Source: an uncultured Chloroflexia bacterium
GTDB taxonomy: Bacteria; Chloroflexota; Ktedonobacteria; Ktedonobacterales; JADMIN01
Assembly: GCA_963809385.1 (NCBI GenBank)
Contig: CAWEJL010000002.1
Span: 135,640-199,639 of the forward strand
DNA length: 64,000 nucleotides
Direction: 5' to 3'
Shown in pieces: positions 37,174 through 48,000 of this stretch. Numbering within the stretch: position 1 is the stretch's first letter; each line of letters begins with the position of its first letter. The notes beneath the pieces are model-generated. The model saw nothing but the letters and a program-made list of their open reading frames with translations, was not told the origin of the DNA and searched no databases. A program made the translations under genes and the position numbers.

Positions 37174-37998
37174 CTAGATGTCCTCCTCAGGGTCGCGCGC
37201 CTCCGTGACCGTGGGGAGAGTGCTGGCTGGTAGTGGCTCCGGCTGTGAGAGCGCGCGCACATCCACCTCGATGCGCGCGACGAGCGCGGTGGCCTCTTCC
37301 GCACGGGCGCGAGCGTCAATGAACCGTGGCTCGCCATAGCGCAGAGTCACGCGCCAGCGGTCGCGTCCCGGCAGGCGGGTGTAGGCGAAGCCGGCGGGGA
37401 CGATGGCAACGCGCGTCACGCCGTCGCGCTGCGCGAACTGCGCCAGCTTGACGAGGCCTGGCTCGAAGGGCAAAAACTCGCGCCCATCAACTTTAGGTGT
37501 AAATACGGGGTCTACCGTGGGGTAGGCCTCTGGAAAGATGACCAGCGTCTGGCCCGCGCGCAGCAGGTCGCGGGCCAGGCTGGTGGCGGCGCGTAGCATG
37601 GGGCGGGCCTCTTCCAGGCGGAAAGCGCTGACGCCGTTGAAGTGGCCCCGGCTGATCAGGAAATCGTCGGTCCGCAGGACGGCAGGCCAGCGGGCGACAC
37701 GGCAAGCGAGGAGCATCAGCCAGCGCAGCCAGCGCGTCCGCACCCAATCGAGCGTGACGAGCAGGTGGACAGGCTGACGGGCGTGGCAGAGCAGAATCAA
37801 GCCATCGTAGAGGTTGTGGTAGTGATGGGCGGCGATCAGCGTGGCGCCCTCGCGCGGCAGCCACTCGGCGCCTTCGACTCGTAGCTCAACGTTGCGCACC
37901 AGTGTCCGCCGGGCGAAGGTCTGGATCGCGGCGTAGGCAATGGCCTCCACCGGGCTCGCAAAGCGCGGGGCAGAGCGTTTTTCTTTACGCGTCATCAT
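37174..37998 (-). CDS. PlsC-type acyltransferase (CruD-like candidate carotenoid-glycoside acyltransferase)
   Basis: HHYHNLYDG (HxxxxD acyltransferase motif) and FPEAYPT. It is the last gene of a GT2 / CruF-like / acyltransferase operon. Confidence 0.65.
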   Translation of the reverse strand: MMTRKEKRSAPRFASPVEAIAYAAIQTFARRTLVRNVELRVEGAEWLPREGATLIAAHHYHNLYDGLILLCHARQPVHLLVTLDWVRTRWLRWLMLLACRVARWPAVLRTDDFLISRGHFNGVSAFRLEEARPMLRAATSLARDLLRAGQTLVIFPEAYPTVDPVFTPKVDGREFLPFEPGLVKLAQFAQRDGVTRVAIVPAGFAYTRLPGRDRWRVTLRYGEPRFIDARARAEEATALVARIEVDVRALSQPEPLPASTLPTVTEARDPEEDI

Positions 37999-38031
37999 CC
38001 GGAATACACCACTACCATCACGATAGATCCG

Positions 38032-38979
38032 CTACATGGTCGGCGCGATGCGCTCCTGTGGCGCCGGGACTGACCGCCCGCCATCGGAGCCGCCGCTCCC
38101 GCCGCTCCCGCCACGCGCGCTACGCAGCGCCAGCGAGGCGGGGGCGATGCCCAGGACGATCGCGATCAGCAGCGGCTGCCAGAGGCCCGCGCCCAGGCTG
38201 AGGGACATCGCGAACGCCATGTTCGCTACGTACATGCCGAAGGGCAGCCACGACGGCAGCGACCCTGGCGCATCTTCCCGCCAGAAGAAGCGGCTGATCC
38301 CCATGAAGAGGAAGCCGACAGCCCACCAGCCGGCGAAATTCTGTAGCGGCATGCCGAAATAGACGCCGTGGGTGTGCCACTGCCAGAAAGGGAAAACTTC
38401 GTTGCGGACCATCGCCGGGTCAAGGGCGAGGTCCCAAGCCATCAGCAGCCACGCGCCTAGCGCCAGCGTCCACCACATGCGCCCGCGCGTCGTGACGCGG
38501 CTGACGATCACGCTGGCAAGCAGGTATGACGTGAAGCCCATATAGAACCATGAGAGCGGGATGGTGAAGGGCACTTTGCCCAGCACTTTGGGGCCGAGCA
38601 AGTCGGTGTATTCGTACGAGCCGAACGGCCAGCCGGTGCTGGTGCCGATCAACTCGGCGGTCAGGGGCAGCAGCGTCGCCACGGCGAAAAAGATCAGCGT
38701 CCTGCGGGGGCCTAGTGTCATCCAGCCGAAGGTCAGCAACGCGGCGGCGCCGAGCAGGATGTAGACCATGCCACCGTATTGCTCGCCATACGGGAAAGTC
38801 TGGGTGATGATGGGATTGCTGAGGATCAGCGACGGGTTGCGCATGAAAACCAGCATGCCCGTAACAGCGAAGAGCAGCGCGATCAGGTGCGCGACGAAGA
38901 GGATAGCCGTCGCTTTGAGACCCGTTGGAAGCGCCATCATCCGGGCTGTCCATGTGGGTTGGGCTGTCGTGCCGTTCAT
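38032..38979 (-). CDS. Carotenoid biosynthesis protein of the DUF422/CruF (carotenoid 1,2-hydratase-like) family
   Basis: Polytopic protein. GWPFGSYEYTDLLGPKVLGKVPFTIPLSWFYMGFTSY resembles the Caroten_synth/DUF422 core. ATG 38977-38979 shares one nt with the GT2 stop (TGATG) and follows GGAGGAG. Confidence 0.6.
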   Translation of the reverse strand: MNGTTAQPTWTARMMALPTGLKATAILFVAHLIALLFAVTGMLVFMRNPSLILSNPIITQTFPYGEQYGGMVYILLGAAALLTFGWMTLGPRRTLIFFAVATLLPLTAELIGTSTGWPFGSYEYTDLLGPKVLGKVPFTIPLSWFYMGFTSYLLASVIVSRVTTRGRMWWTLALGAWLLMAWDLALDPAMVRNEVFPFWQWHTHGVYFGMPLQNFAGWWAVGFLFMGISRFFWREDAPGSLPSWLPFGMYVANMAFAMSLSLGAGLWQPLLIAIVLGIAPASLALRSARGGSGGSGGSDGGRSVPAPQERIAPTM

Positions 38980-40142
38980 CAGACTCCTCCCCGCGTGAGC
39001 GTCCGCCCGCGCCAGGTATGCGTGCGCCGCAAGGCGCTCTGCCACAATCGTAGCGCGATTGGCAAGTCGCACAGCGGTGATAACCAGTAGGTCCACGGGC
39101 GATTGGTGTAGGCGCGCGCCACCCCGCCGAGCGTTCCCAGCCGTAGAGCGGTGAGCGCGCCGGTCACCGCCAGCAGCGCCAGCCGGAGCGGGCTAAACGG
39201 GCGCCAGAGAGCCAGCAGCGCCAGCAGCGTCAACGGCGCCAGCGCCTGGGCGAAGGTCACCTCCAGCAGACCAGCGGCGCCCGCCAGCCCGAAGAAGCGG
39301 TCGCGCATCGGCAGCGAGCGCGTCCAGTTGATCCATGTCTCGCGCCAGCCCTCGTACATGCGTGTCCGCATCAGGTCGCCGGCCTCATAGAAGCCGACCG
39401 CGTAGCCGCTAGCGACCAGCAGTCGCGCGATGGTCACATCCTCGCAGATGGACTCGCGCACGGCAGCGAAGCCTCCGACAGCCTCCAGCGGCGCGCGGCG
39501 GAACAGGAAGCACTGGCCGTTAGCCTGCGCCTCGCTAACCCGCGTCGCCACGCGCCCCGGCGGGCCGAAGCGGTAGACCAGCGTGGTGAGCAGCGCGGGA
39601 TGCAGCAGCGCCTCGCCCGCGCCCCGTATGTCCTGCCGCGCGGCAACGCTGAACGCCGCCTCGCTGGAGCGCATCCCGTGGGCAAGTAGCGCGCGCGCAA
39701 GGCCAGGCGCTGATCGCGTGTCGGCGTCCACGGTTAGTATCCAGGGCAAGCCTGGCGCCATGCGTCGCGCGCCGTAGTCCAGCCCCCACGCCTTGCCATT
39801 CCAGCCGTTCGGGATGGGGCTGGCGTCCAGCAGGCGGATGCGGTCGTCACGCGCGGCGAAGTCCGCGACCAGCGCCTGTGTGCCGTCGGACGAGCCGCCA
39901 TCCACGACCAGGATCTCAGCGACCTCCGGCCCCTGGGCGAGCAGCCCATCCAGGCAGGGCGTGAGCCGCGCCGACTCGTTCAACACGGGCAGGATCACCG
40001 CCACGCGCGCCTCTAGCGAGACGTCACCTGGCGCGAGCGTGATGCGCGTGGCGTTCATGCCGCGCAAGAAGCGCCGGATGACTCGCGCGCCGAATGCGGC
40101 CTCGATGGCGACCAGCGGCGCCAACAGCGTATCGGGGTCCAT
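38979..40142 (-). CDS. Family-2 glycosyltransferase with C-terminal TM helices (CruC/CrtX-like candidate carotenoid glycosyltransferase)
   Basis: ILPVLNESARL, VVDGGSSDGT, NGWNGKAWG, TVDADT, ANGQCFLFRR and CEDV are GT2 motifs. ATG 40140-40142 is preferred, because a TACAAT box at 40204-40209 would leave GTG 40196 leaderless. Confidence 0.7.
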   Translation of the reverse strand: MDPDTLLAPLVAIEAAFGARVIRRFLRGMNATRITLAPGDVSLEARVAVILPVLNESARLTPCLDGLLAQGPEVAEILVVDGGSSDGTQALVADFAARDDRIRLLDASPIPNGWNGKAWGLDYGARRMAPGLPWILTVDADTRSAPGLARALLAHGMRSSEAAFSVAARQDIRGAGEALLHPALLTTLVYRFGPPGRVATRVSEAQANGQCFLFRRAPLEAVGGFAAVRESICEDVTIARLLVASGYAVGFYEAGDLMRTRMYEGWRETWINWTRSLPMRDRFFGLAGAAGLLEVTFAQALAPLTLLALLALWRPFSPLRLALLAVTGALTALRLGTLGGVARAYTNRPWTYWLSPLCDLPIALRLWQSALRRTHTWRGRTLTRGGV

Positions 40143-40203
40143 CGAGGCTCTCTCACCGCTCCGTCCAGGGCCGAGGCGACGTCCGCCTCGCGACACGCCA
40201 CAG

Positions 40204-40209
40204 ATTGTA
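40204..40209 (-). promoter_or_regulatory. -10 box TACAAT upstream of the GT2 / CruF-like / acyltransferase operon
   Basis: The reverse complement of attgta is tacaat. It lies about 62 nt upstream of ATG 40142. Confidence 0.35.
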
Positions 40210-40318
40210 GCGAGCCCGCATGAAGGCGCGCCAGCGATGACGCTATCCCCCGAATGAGACGCTCACGTCCTCCCAACAAAGCGCTTCCTGGAACCATCTT
40301 GGCACGCCGCGCGCGCGT

Positions 40319-41296
40319 ATGGTGAAGAACCTTGCGCGTATGCTCACCCGAATGGGAGTCAACCAAATACATAGTGAATCAGCGGCAACGTTCAGCCTTG
40401 GTGACCTCACAGTCTTCGACGAGGCGCATCTACGCCAGATCATTTCCTTGGCGTCTGGCGCAGTGCGCCCCGCACTGGCGGGACGCGCCTTCGCGACCGA
40501 CCAGCCTCAAGAGCAAGCGGAGCTTGTTGGATTGGCGGAACGCATCGAGCATGCGCTCCCACCTGATGAGCGCGCCGCCTTTGCCCATGCCCGCCAGCAG
40601 GCCACGACGAGTGATGAGCGCGCGTCGGCGCGAAGCGCGATGCTCGACTATCTGTTCTGGGAATTGACGTATTGGAAAACGCCTGGCGAGTACGAACGGC
40701 TTACCGCGGGCGAGCAGGTTCACCTCGGCGCGCTTGATTTTGCGCAAGTGGACGGCGCCGTTGTTCTGGATGCGGGAGCAGGCGCGGGCCGCGTTACGCT
40801 CCCTTTGGCGCGGCGCGCACGCAAGGTCTACGCGATGGATCCCGCTCCGCCGCTGCTCCATCTTCTGGAGAGCAAGCTTGCCTCCACTTGCCAGCGCAAC
40901 GTCGAGATCCTGCGCGGAGCCTTCCAACATGTGCCATTGCCCGACGACAGCGTAGATGCGGTCGTGTCCTGCTCGGCATTTGGCTCGCAGGAGGCGCGTG
41001 GGGGTATGTGCGGCTTGAAGGAACTCCTCCGTGTGACGCGCCCTGGCGGCCGCATCCTCATCATGTGGCCGGAGGATCCCTCCTGGTTCCTGCGGCGAGG
41101 CTTCCAGCACACCGCGCTCCCCGGACATCTGACCATCACGTTCCCCACCCTGGAGGACGCATGGGCTGTCGCTAACCGCTTTTACGGAGCCCCCGCCATC
41201 CGCCACCTCGAAACAACATGCAGGCCTGAGTTGCCTTTCGATGCGCTGAACGTCAAAGCGCCCCGCGACCTTTGCTGGCTCACCGTTCGGAAGTGA
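40319..41296 (+). CDS. Class I SAM-dependent methyltransferase with unassigned N-terminal domain
   Basis: VLDAGAGAGRVTLPLA (motif I), VYAMDP, VDAVVSCSAFG. Start uncertain (ATGs at 40319, 40340, 40352; no clear SD). Confidence 0.65.
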   Translation: MVKNLARMLTRMGVNQIHSESAATFSLGDLTVFDEAHLRQIISLASGAVRPALAGRAFATDQPQEQAELVGLAERIEHALPPDERAAFAHARQQATTSDERASARSAMLDYLFWELTYWKTPGEYERLTAGEQVHLGALDFAQVDGAVVLDAGAGAGRVTLPLARRARKVYAMDPAPPLLHLLESKLASTCQRNVEILRGAFQHVPLPDDSVDAVVSCSAFGSQEARGGMCGLKELLRVTRPGGRILIMWPEDPSWFLRRGFQHTALPGHLTITFPTLEDAWAVANRFYGAPAIRHLETTCRPELPFDALNVKAPRDLCWLTVRK

Positions 41297-41309
41297 ATGG
41301 CCGCGCCAA

Positions 41310-42530
41310 TTATTCCAGCAGCGACAGCGCGTAGCGCGCCTCGGCCTGGACGGAGGGTTCAGGGTCACTGGTAGCCAGGGATTCGAGCGCGGGACGGGCG
41401 CTCTCCGCGTTCAGGCGGCCCAGCGCCCAGGCGGCATGGCCGCGCACCAGCGGCTCGGTATCGGCCAGCGCCTCGACTAGCGCGGGGATGGCGACAGGGT
41501 CGCCAATGTTGCCCAGCGCGACGCAGACGTTGCGCAGCAGCCCGCGCCGCTTGGCGCGCTTGATCGGGCTGTGGCGGAAGCGCTCGCGGAAACCTTCCTC
41601 ATCCAGCTTTAGTAGCGGAATCAGCGCGGGACTGGAGCCAACCGCCGCGCGCGGGCGAAACATCAGCGGCTCGCCTGGCCCGCCGAGGCGTCCCGCGACG
41701 CGCAAACGCTTCTCTGCCACGAGGTTGACGGGACAGACCTCCTGGCAGATATCACAGCCGAAGATGTGCGCGCCCATCAGCGGGCGCAACTCGACCGGGA
41801 TGGCGCCGCGATGCTCGATGGTCAGGTAGGAGATGCAGCGGCGCGCGTCGAGGACGTAAGGCGCGACGAAGGCCTGCGTCGGGCAGGCGTGCAGGCAGAC
41901 CTCGCAGCGCCCACAACTGGCCATCAGCGGCGCGTCAGGCTCCAGCTCCAGGCTGGTGACGAGCTCCGACAGGAAGACCCACGACCCCCAGCCTTTCGTC
42001 AGGATATTGGTGTTCTTGCCGTACCAGCCCAACCCCGACCGCTGGGCCACGGCGCGGTCCACCATGCGCCCCGTATCGCAGAAGACGATCGTCTTCTCAT
42101 CGCCCGGCGGCGCTAGCTCGCGGATGAAGGCCGCAAGCGCGTCGAGGCGCGCGCGGATGATCTCGTGGTAGTCGTCGCCCCAGGCGTAGCGCGAAACTCG
42201 CGCGTGCGGGTCGCCCGGCGCGGTGAGATCAAGCGGCGCGTCGGTGAGGTAGAAGACGCCGAGCGCGATGACGCTGCGCGCGGCGGGCAGTAGCGCGCGG
42301 GGGGTGGCCGACACCTCAGCGCGCGCGGCGGTCAGCCAGTCCATGCCCTCGAAGTAGCCAGCGGCGATGCGCGTCTTGAGCGCCTCCTCCGCCTGTGGCA
42401 ATGGCTCGGCAGTGGTAACGCGGACCAGGTCGAAGCCCAGCGCCTCGGCGCGCTCGCGCACGAGCGCCGCCAGCTGCGCGGGGGAATGGTTGTCAGCGTC
42501 AGGCGTCACGCTTAACTCGTCAGTTTCCAC
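41310..42530 (-). CDS. queG: tRNA epoxyqueuosine(34) reductase
   Basis: Two ferredoxin-type clusters (CGRCEVCLHACPTQAF, CDICQEVCPVN), WGSWVFLSE, and C-terminal HEAT-like repeats (GDPVAIPALVEALADTEPLVRGHAAWALGRL). Confidence 0.85.
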   Translation of the reverse strand: METDELSVTPDADNHSPAQLAALVRERAEALGFDLVRVTTAEPLPQAEEALKTRIAAGYFEGMDWLTAARAEVSATPRALLPAARSVIALGVFYLTDAPLDLTAPGDPHARVSRYAWGDDYHEIIRARLDALAAFIRELAPPGDEKTIVFCDTGRMVDRAVAQRSGLGWYGKNTNILTKGWGSWVFLSELVTSLELEPDAPLMASCGRCEVCLHACPTQAFVAPYVLDARRCISYLTIEHRGAIPVELRPLMGAHIFGCDICQEVCPVNLVAEKRLRVAGRLGGPGEPLMFRPRAAVGSSPALIPLLKLDEEGFRERFRHSPIKRAKRRGLLRNVCVALGNIGDPVAIPALVEALADTEPLVRGHAAWALGRLNAESARPALESLATSDPEPSVQAEARYALSLLE

Positions 42531-42631
42531 AAGTCGCTCTGTCGCTCTGAAAAAGGCCGCAAACTGATATCATTATCCCTCCGCTCTGAGGCCAGTATAT
42601 GCCCTGGCGGGCGCCAACGGTACTAGGCCTG

Positions 42632-42661
42632 TTGCGGGCTGGCGGCGCTGATACCTATACT
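42632..42661 (+). promoter_or_regulatory. Candidate promoter TTGCGG-N18-TATACT
   Basis: ttgcgg at 42632-42637 and tatact at 42656-42661, about 135 nt before ATG 42796. Confidence 0.3.
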
Positions 42662-42795
42662 GACGGCAGCAGTGTTGGAAGCATATCTCGGCGCGGTTCG
42701 AGGCAGTTCGCGCGCCTTGCGATATCTACGCGAAGCCTGGCGGCTACCGGCGAATCATCACGCCAGCGCGGGTCATCCTGAAAAGGGGAACGGCC

Positions 42796-43404
42796 ATGGC
42801 GGATCCCCGGCGACAAGAAGAACTCGCCGCGCGCATCGAAGAGCGGCGACGTTTGCTGGAAGAGCGCCCAGACGTGAGCCAGCGCCTGCGCGACCTGTCC
42901 TCATCCAGCGCGCGCAACCCAATCGCTCCGGCCCGCAAGCGCCGCTCGCCCCTCATCGCGCTGCTCGTGACGGCGGCGGCGGGGCTAGCGCTCATCGTCT
43001 GCGTCGTCGCCAGCATCGCGATCATTAGCAGTGGCATCTGGGTGCAGGCGCAGCTCGGCTCGCCCAACACCACCGTCGAAGATTTCTTCTCGGCGGTCCA
43101 CGCGCAAAACTATCCCCAGGCCTACGGTTTCCTTTCTAGCAAGGCGCAGAGCGAACTCTCTGAAGAGCGCTTCCTGCAAGTCTACCAAGCCAGCGATACG
43201 CTCGCGGGCGCGGTGGAGTACTACGCGATCACGACAACGGCCACGCAGGGCTCCACAGCGACGGTCACAGTGGATGTCGTACGGCGGGGGGATAGCAAAA
43301 CGGCGCAAGTCTATGTCCTGACGCTGACCCAGGACAACGGCTCCTGGCGCATCGCATCCATCCGCCAGACAGGCTCGACGGCCGCGCCGACACCCGCCAG
43401 CTAG
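42796..43404 (+). CDS. Membrane-anchored hypothetical protein with NTF2/DUF4878-like ectodomain
   Basis: Charged N-terminus, one TM (LIALLVTAAAGLALIVCVVASIAII), then VEDFFSAVHAQNYPQAYGFLS. AGGGGAA lies upstream of ATG 42796. Confidence 0.5.
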   Translation: MADPRRQEELAARIEERRRLLEERPDVSQRLRDLSSSSARNPIAPARKRRSPLIALLVTAAAGLALIVCVVASIAIISSGIWVQAQLGSPNTTVEDFFSAVHAQNYPQAYGFLSSKAQSELSEERFLQVYQASDTLAGAVEYYAITTTATQGSTATVTVDVVRRGDSKTAQVYVLTLTQDNGSWRIASIRQTGSTAAPTPAS

Positions 43405-43447
43405 GTCTTGCGGCGCCAACCAGGCGAAGAAGCGCTGAAGCCGATGA

Positions 43448-45508
<2,061 letters not shown>

Positions 45509-45544
45509 CGGCGGATACAGCGGATACGAGATGCGCGGCACGAC

Positions 45545-45582
45545 GACGCCCCCGGCCAGGCAGGCCGGGGGCGTCCGGTTTT
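45545..45582 (+). terminator. Rho-independent terminator after gyrB (hairpin shared with convergent gdh)
   Basis: 13-bp perfect GC-rich stem gacgcccccggcc / ggccgggggcgtc with a 5-nt loop (45545-45575), followed by cggTTTT. It lies 37 nt after the gyrB stop and 29 nt after the gdh stop. Confidence 0.7.
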
Positions 45583-45603
45583 CCCCAGTGGGACAGGTAG
45601 CGG

Positions 45604-46866
45604 CTACGGGTAGATGCCGCGCACCTGCGTGGCCTCGGCGACGCGCGCCACAGCCAGCAGGTAAGCGGCCAGGCGGTAGTCGCAGTTCTCAAGATCGCGC
45701 TTGGCCTGAATGGCGGCGAAGCTGCGCGTCATGATGCTCTCCAGGCGCATGTTGATCTCGTCTTCCGCCCAGAAGAAGTGTTGGAGATCCTGCACCCACT
45801 CGAAATAGCTGACCGTCACGCCACCGGCGTTGGCGAGAATATCGGGGATGACAGGGATGCCACGCTCGCGGAGGATAGCGTCAGCCTCAGTCGTCGTGGG
45901 GCCGTTGGCGGCTTCGACGATCAGTTTCGCCTTGATGCGGCGAGCGTTCTGCTCAGTGATCTGGCCCTCGGTGGCCGCCGGGATGAGGATGTCGCATGGC
46001 AGCTCGAGCGCCGCCTTGCCATCTACCGGCGTCGAGCCGGGCAAGCCCTTGAGCGTGCCATGCTCTTGCACAAAGCGGAGCGCCAGGTTCACGTCAATGC
46101 CATCAGGGTTGTGAATCGCGCCGTAGATGTCGCTCAGCGCAACCACCCGGCAACCAGCCTCATGCATCAGGCGCGCCGTCACTGAACCGACGTTGCCGAA
46201 GCCCTGCACGATGACGCTGGCGCCCTTCATCTCGATGCCCAGCGCCTTGCACGCCTCGCGCGTCACCACGTAGACGCCGCGACCGGTGGCCTCCATGCGG
46301 CCCTCGCTCCCGCCAATGGAGAGCGGCTTGCCGGTGACGACGGCGGGGACAGAGTAGCCCTTGTGCATAGAGTAGGTATCCATGATCCAGGCCATAATCT
46401 GTGGGTTCGTGTTCACATCGGGCGCCGGGATGTCGCTCTCCGGCCCGATGACGCCCGCAATCTCGGTCGCGTAGCGGCGGGTAAGCCGCTCGAGCTCGGT
46501 GCGGCTAAGCTTGCGTGGGTCTACGATGACACCACCCTTGGCTCCGCCGAACGGGATGTTTACGACCGCGCATTTCCACGTCATCCACATGGAAAGCGCG
46601 CGCACTTCGTCAATCGAGACGTTGGCGTCATAGCGGATGCCGCCCTTGGCGGGGCCACGATTGATGTTATGTTGCACTCGGTATCCGGTGAACATCTCGA
46701 CACGGCCATCGTCCATCCGTACCGGGAAATTCACGGTCAGTTCGCGTTTGGGGGCGCGCAGAATCGCGCGCAACTCCTGGCTGAGCTTCAAGCGCTCCGC
46801 CGCAACATCGAACTGGGCGACCGCCTCAGCGAAGGGATTGAGCGCTTTCGGTTGCTTGATCGCCAC
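45604..46866 (-). CDS. gdhA: Glutamate dehydrogenase (Glu/Leu/Phe/Val dehydrogenase family)
   Basis: GPAKGGIRY, KCAVVNIPFGGAKGG, and the Rossmann motif VQGFGNVG. GTG start 46864-46866 lies 10 nt after AGGAGG. Confidence 0.9.
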   Translation of the reverse strand: MAIKQPKALNPFAEAVAQFDVAAERLKLSQELRAILRAPKRELTVNFPVRMDDGRVEMFTGYRVQHNINRGPAKGGIRYDANVSIDEVRALSMWMTWKCAVVNIPFGGAKGGVIVDPRKLSRTELERLTRRYATEIAGVIGPESDIPAPDVNTNPQIMAWIMDTYSMHKGYSVPAVVTGKPLSIGGSEGRMEATGRGVYVVTREACKALGIEMKGASVIVQGFGNVGSVTARLMHEAGCRVVALSDIYGAIHNPDGIDVNLALRFVQEHGTLKGLPGSTPVDGKAALELPCDILIPAATEGQITEQNARRIKAKLIVEAANGPTTTEADAILRERGIPVIPDILANAGGVTVSYFEWVQDLQHFFWAEDEINMRLESIMTRSFAAIQAKRDLENCDYRLAAYLLAVARVAEATQVRGIYP

Positions 46867-47223
46867 GACTCCATATCCTCCTGAGCAGCTGACCTGCGCT
46901 GGCCCTGGAGCTCCATTGCCCCATGCCGCTGCCGGCTCTGTTCGAGGTCACTCACTGACCCCATGTTAGGCGAGCGCTCCAGGCGCCCGCGAACGGCGAA
47001 CAATTGATGTACGACCATCAGTGTGCGAGTGTTTCTGACGCGCGCCGAGCGATGGACTCTTTGCAGTGTTGTATTCAACGCAAGACGTGAGCTATTAAGC
47101 AGCTAGCTACACTTTTTTCGGGCCATCGCCAAGTGTGACGGATAGAGCTGGCGTCGTTAACTCAGATGATGACCGAGCTATGACTTCCGTCCAGCGTTCC
47201 ATCGGGCGCCGTGCGCCGCTGCC

Positions 47224-47793
47224 CTATCCCGCGCCCGCGTCGGCGCGCTCATCTGGCTCGGAACCTTGGCCGCTTGTTAAATCGAGCCTGTAGAAAGCGG
47301 CCTGCATTTCAGTCTCTTCTATTCCCACCAACAGGCTCGTCAGCCCCTCGCCAGCCCCTCGCCGCCGCAGCTCGCGCACGATGTCATGCGCCAACCGCTC
47401 CGCCAGCCGCTCGGCGGTCACATTGTCTACGGGAAGCGGCACGACGGTCCAGGTGGGCATCACGTAGCGGATGGGCGAAGCAGGGGCATTGGGAATCCGG
47501 GAGAGGTCGCCGGTATATTCGATCTCCCAGGTGTCTTCCAGCTGGGTGACGCGCAGGTGGGGATTGCGCAGAGGCATCAGAAAGCGGTGGTCCCATTCGC
47601 GACAGAGCGCGCGAACGATGTCTTTCAGGAGCACGAAGTCGAGGACATAGCTATCGGAGGTCAATGGGCCGGAAGCCTCGACGCGCACCCCGTAGTTGTG
47701 GCCGTGAAGCGGCTCACACTCGCCAGCGAAGGTGATGAAATGCGCGGCGGAGAATCCGAGATTGCCCCGCTCGATCAGGATTTTCCACGACAT
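47224..47793 (-). CDS. queD: 6-carboxytetrahydropterin/6-pyruvoyl-tetrahydropterin synthase family protein (QueD-like, long form)
   Basis: FSAAHFI...CEPLHGHNYGVRV (CxxxHGH zinc/catalytic motif) and DFVLLK. At 189 aa it is longer than the minimal QueD. Confidence 0.7.
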   Translation of the reverse strand: MSWKILIERGNLGFSAAHFITFAGECEPLHGHNYGVRVEASGPLTSDSYVLDFVLLKDIVRALCREWDHRFLMPLRNPHLRVTQLEDTWEIEYTGDLSRIPNAPASPIRYVMPTWTVVPLPVDNVTAERLAERLAHDIVRELRRRGAGEGLTSLLVGIEETEMQAAFYRLDLTSGQGSEPDERADAGAG

Positions 47794-47882
47794 ACGATGT
47801 CCATATGATCCGTCGCGCCGGGCGCCTCTCAGCCATTGAGAGCGCGCGGGCCGGGCGCGGTACTCTAGCGACGCGCCCCAAG

Positions 47883-47891
47883 ATTATAGCA
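47883..47891 (-). promoter_or_regulatory. Consensus extended -10 TGcTATAAT upstream of the queD-like gene
   Basis: The reverse complement of attatagca is tgctataat. It lies about 90 nt upstream of ATG 47793. Confidence 0.5.
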
Positions 47892-48000
47892 TCACGAAGC
47901 GCACTCTGGTGGGTGACGCATGCGCCTAAGTGGACAGATTCATGATCCAGAAGGTCCTATTGTGTCGCGGCGCATCCATGCATGAGGGCGTACCAGGCGG

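Noticed and set aside
47087-47118. Plus-strand terminator-like element (bulged hairpin plus T6) suggesting an sRNA
   Set aside because: The stem is short and bulged, and I could not find a plus-strand promoter upstream. It is kept only as part of the low-interest note on the gdh upstream spacer.
47794-47882. Possible preQ1 riboswitch in the ~90-nt leader of the queD-like gene
   Set aside because: The leader folds into GC-rich hairpins (gggcgcg...cgcgccc; ctctca...tgagag). It lacks the small hairpin followed by the A-rich tail (AAAAAACUA-like) that characterises preQ1-I and preQ1-II aptamers.
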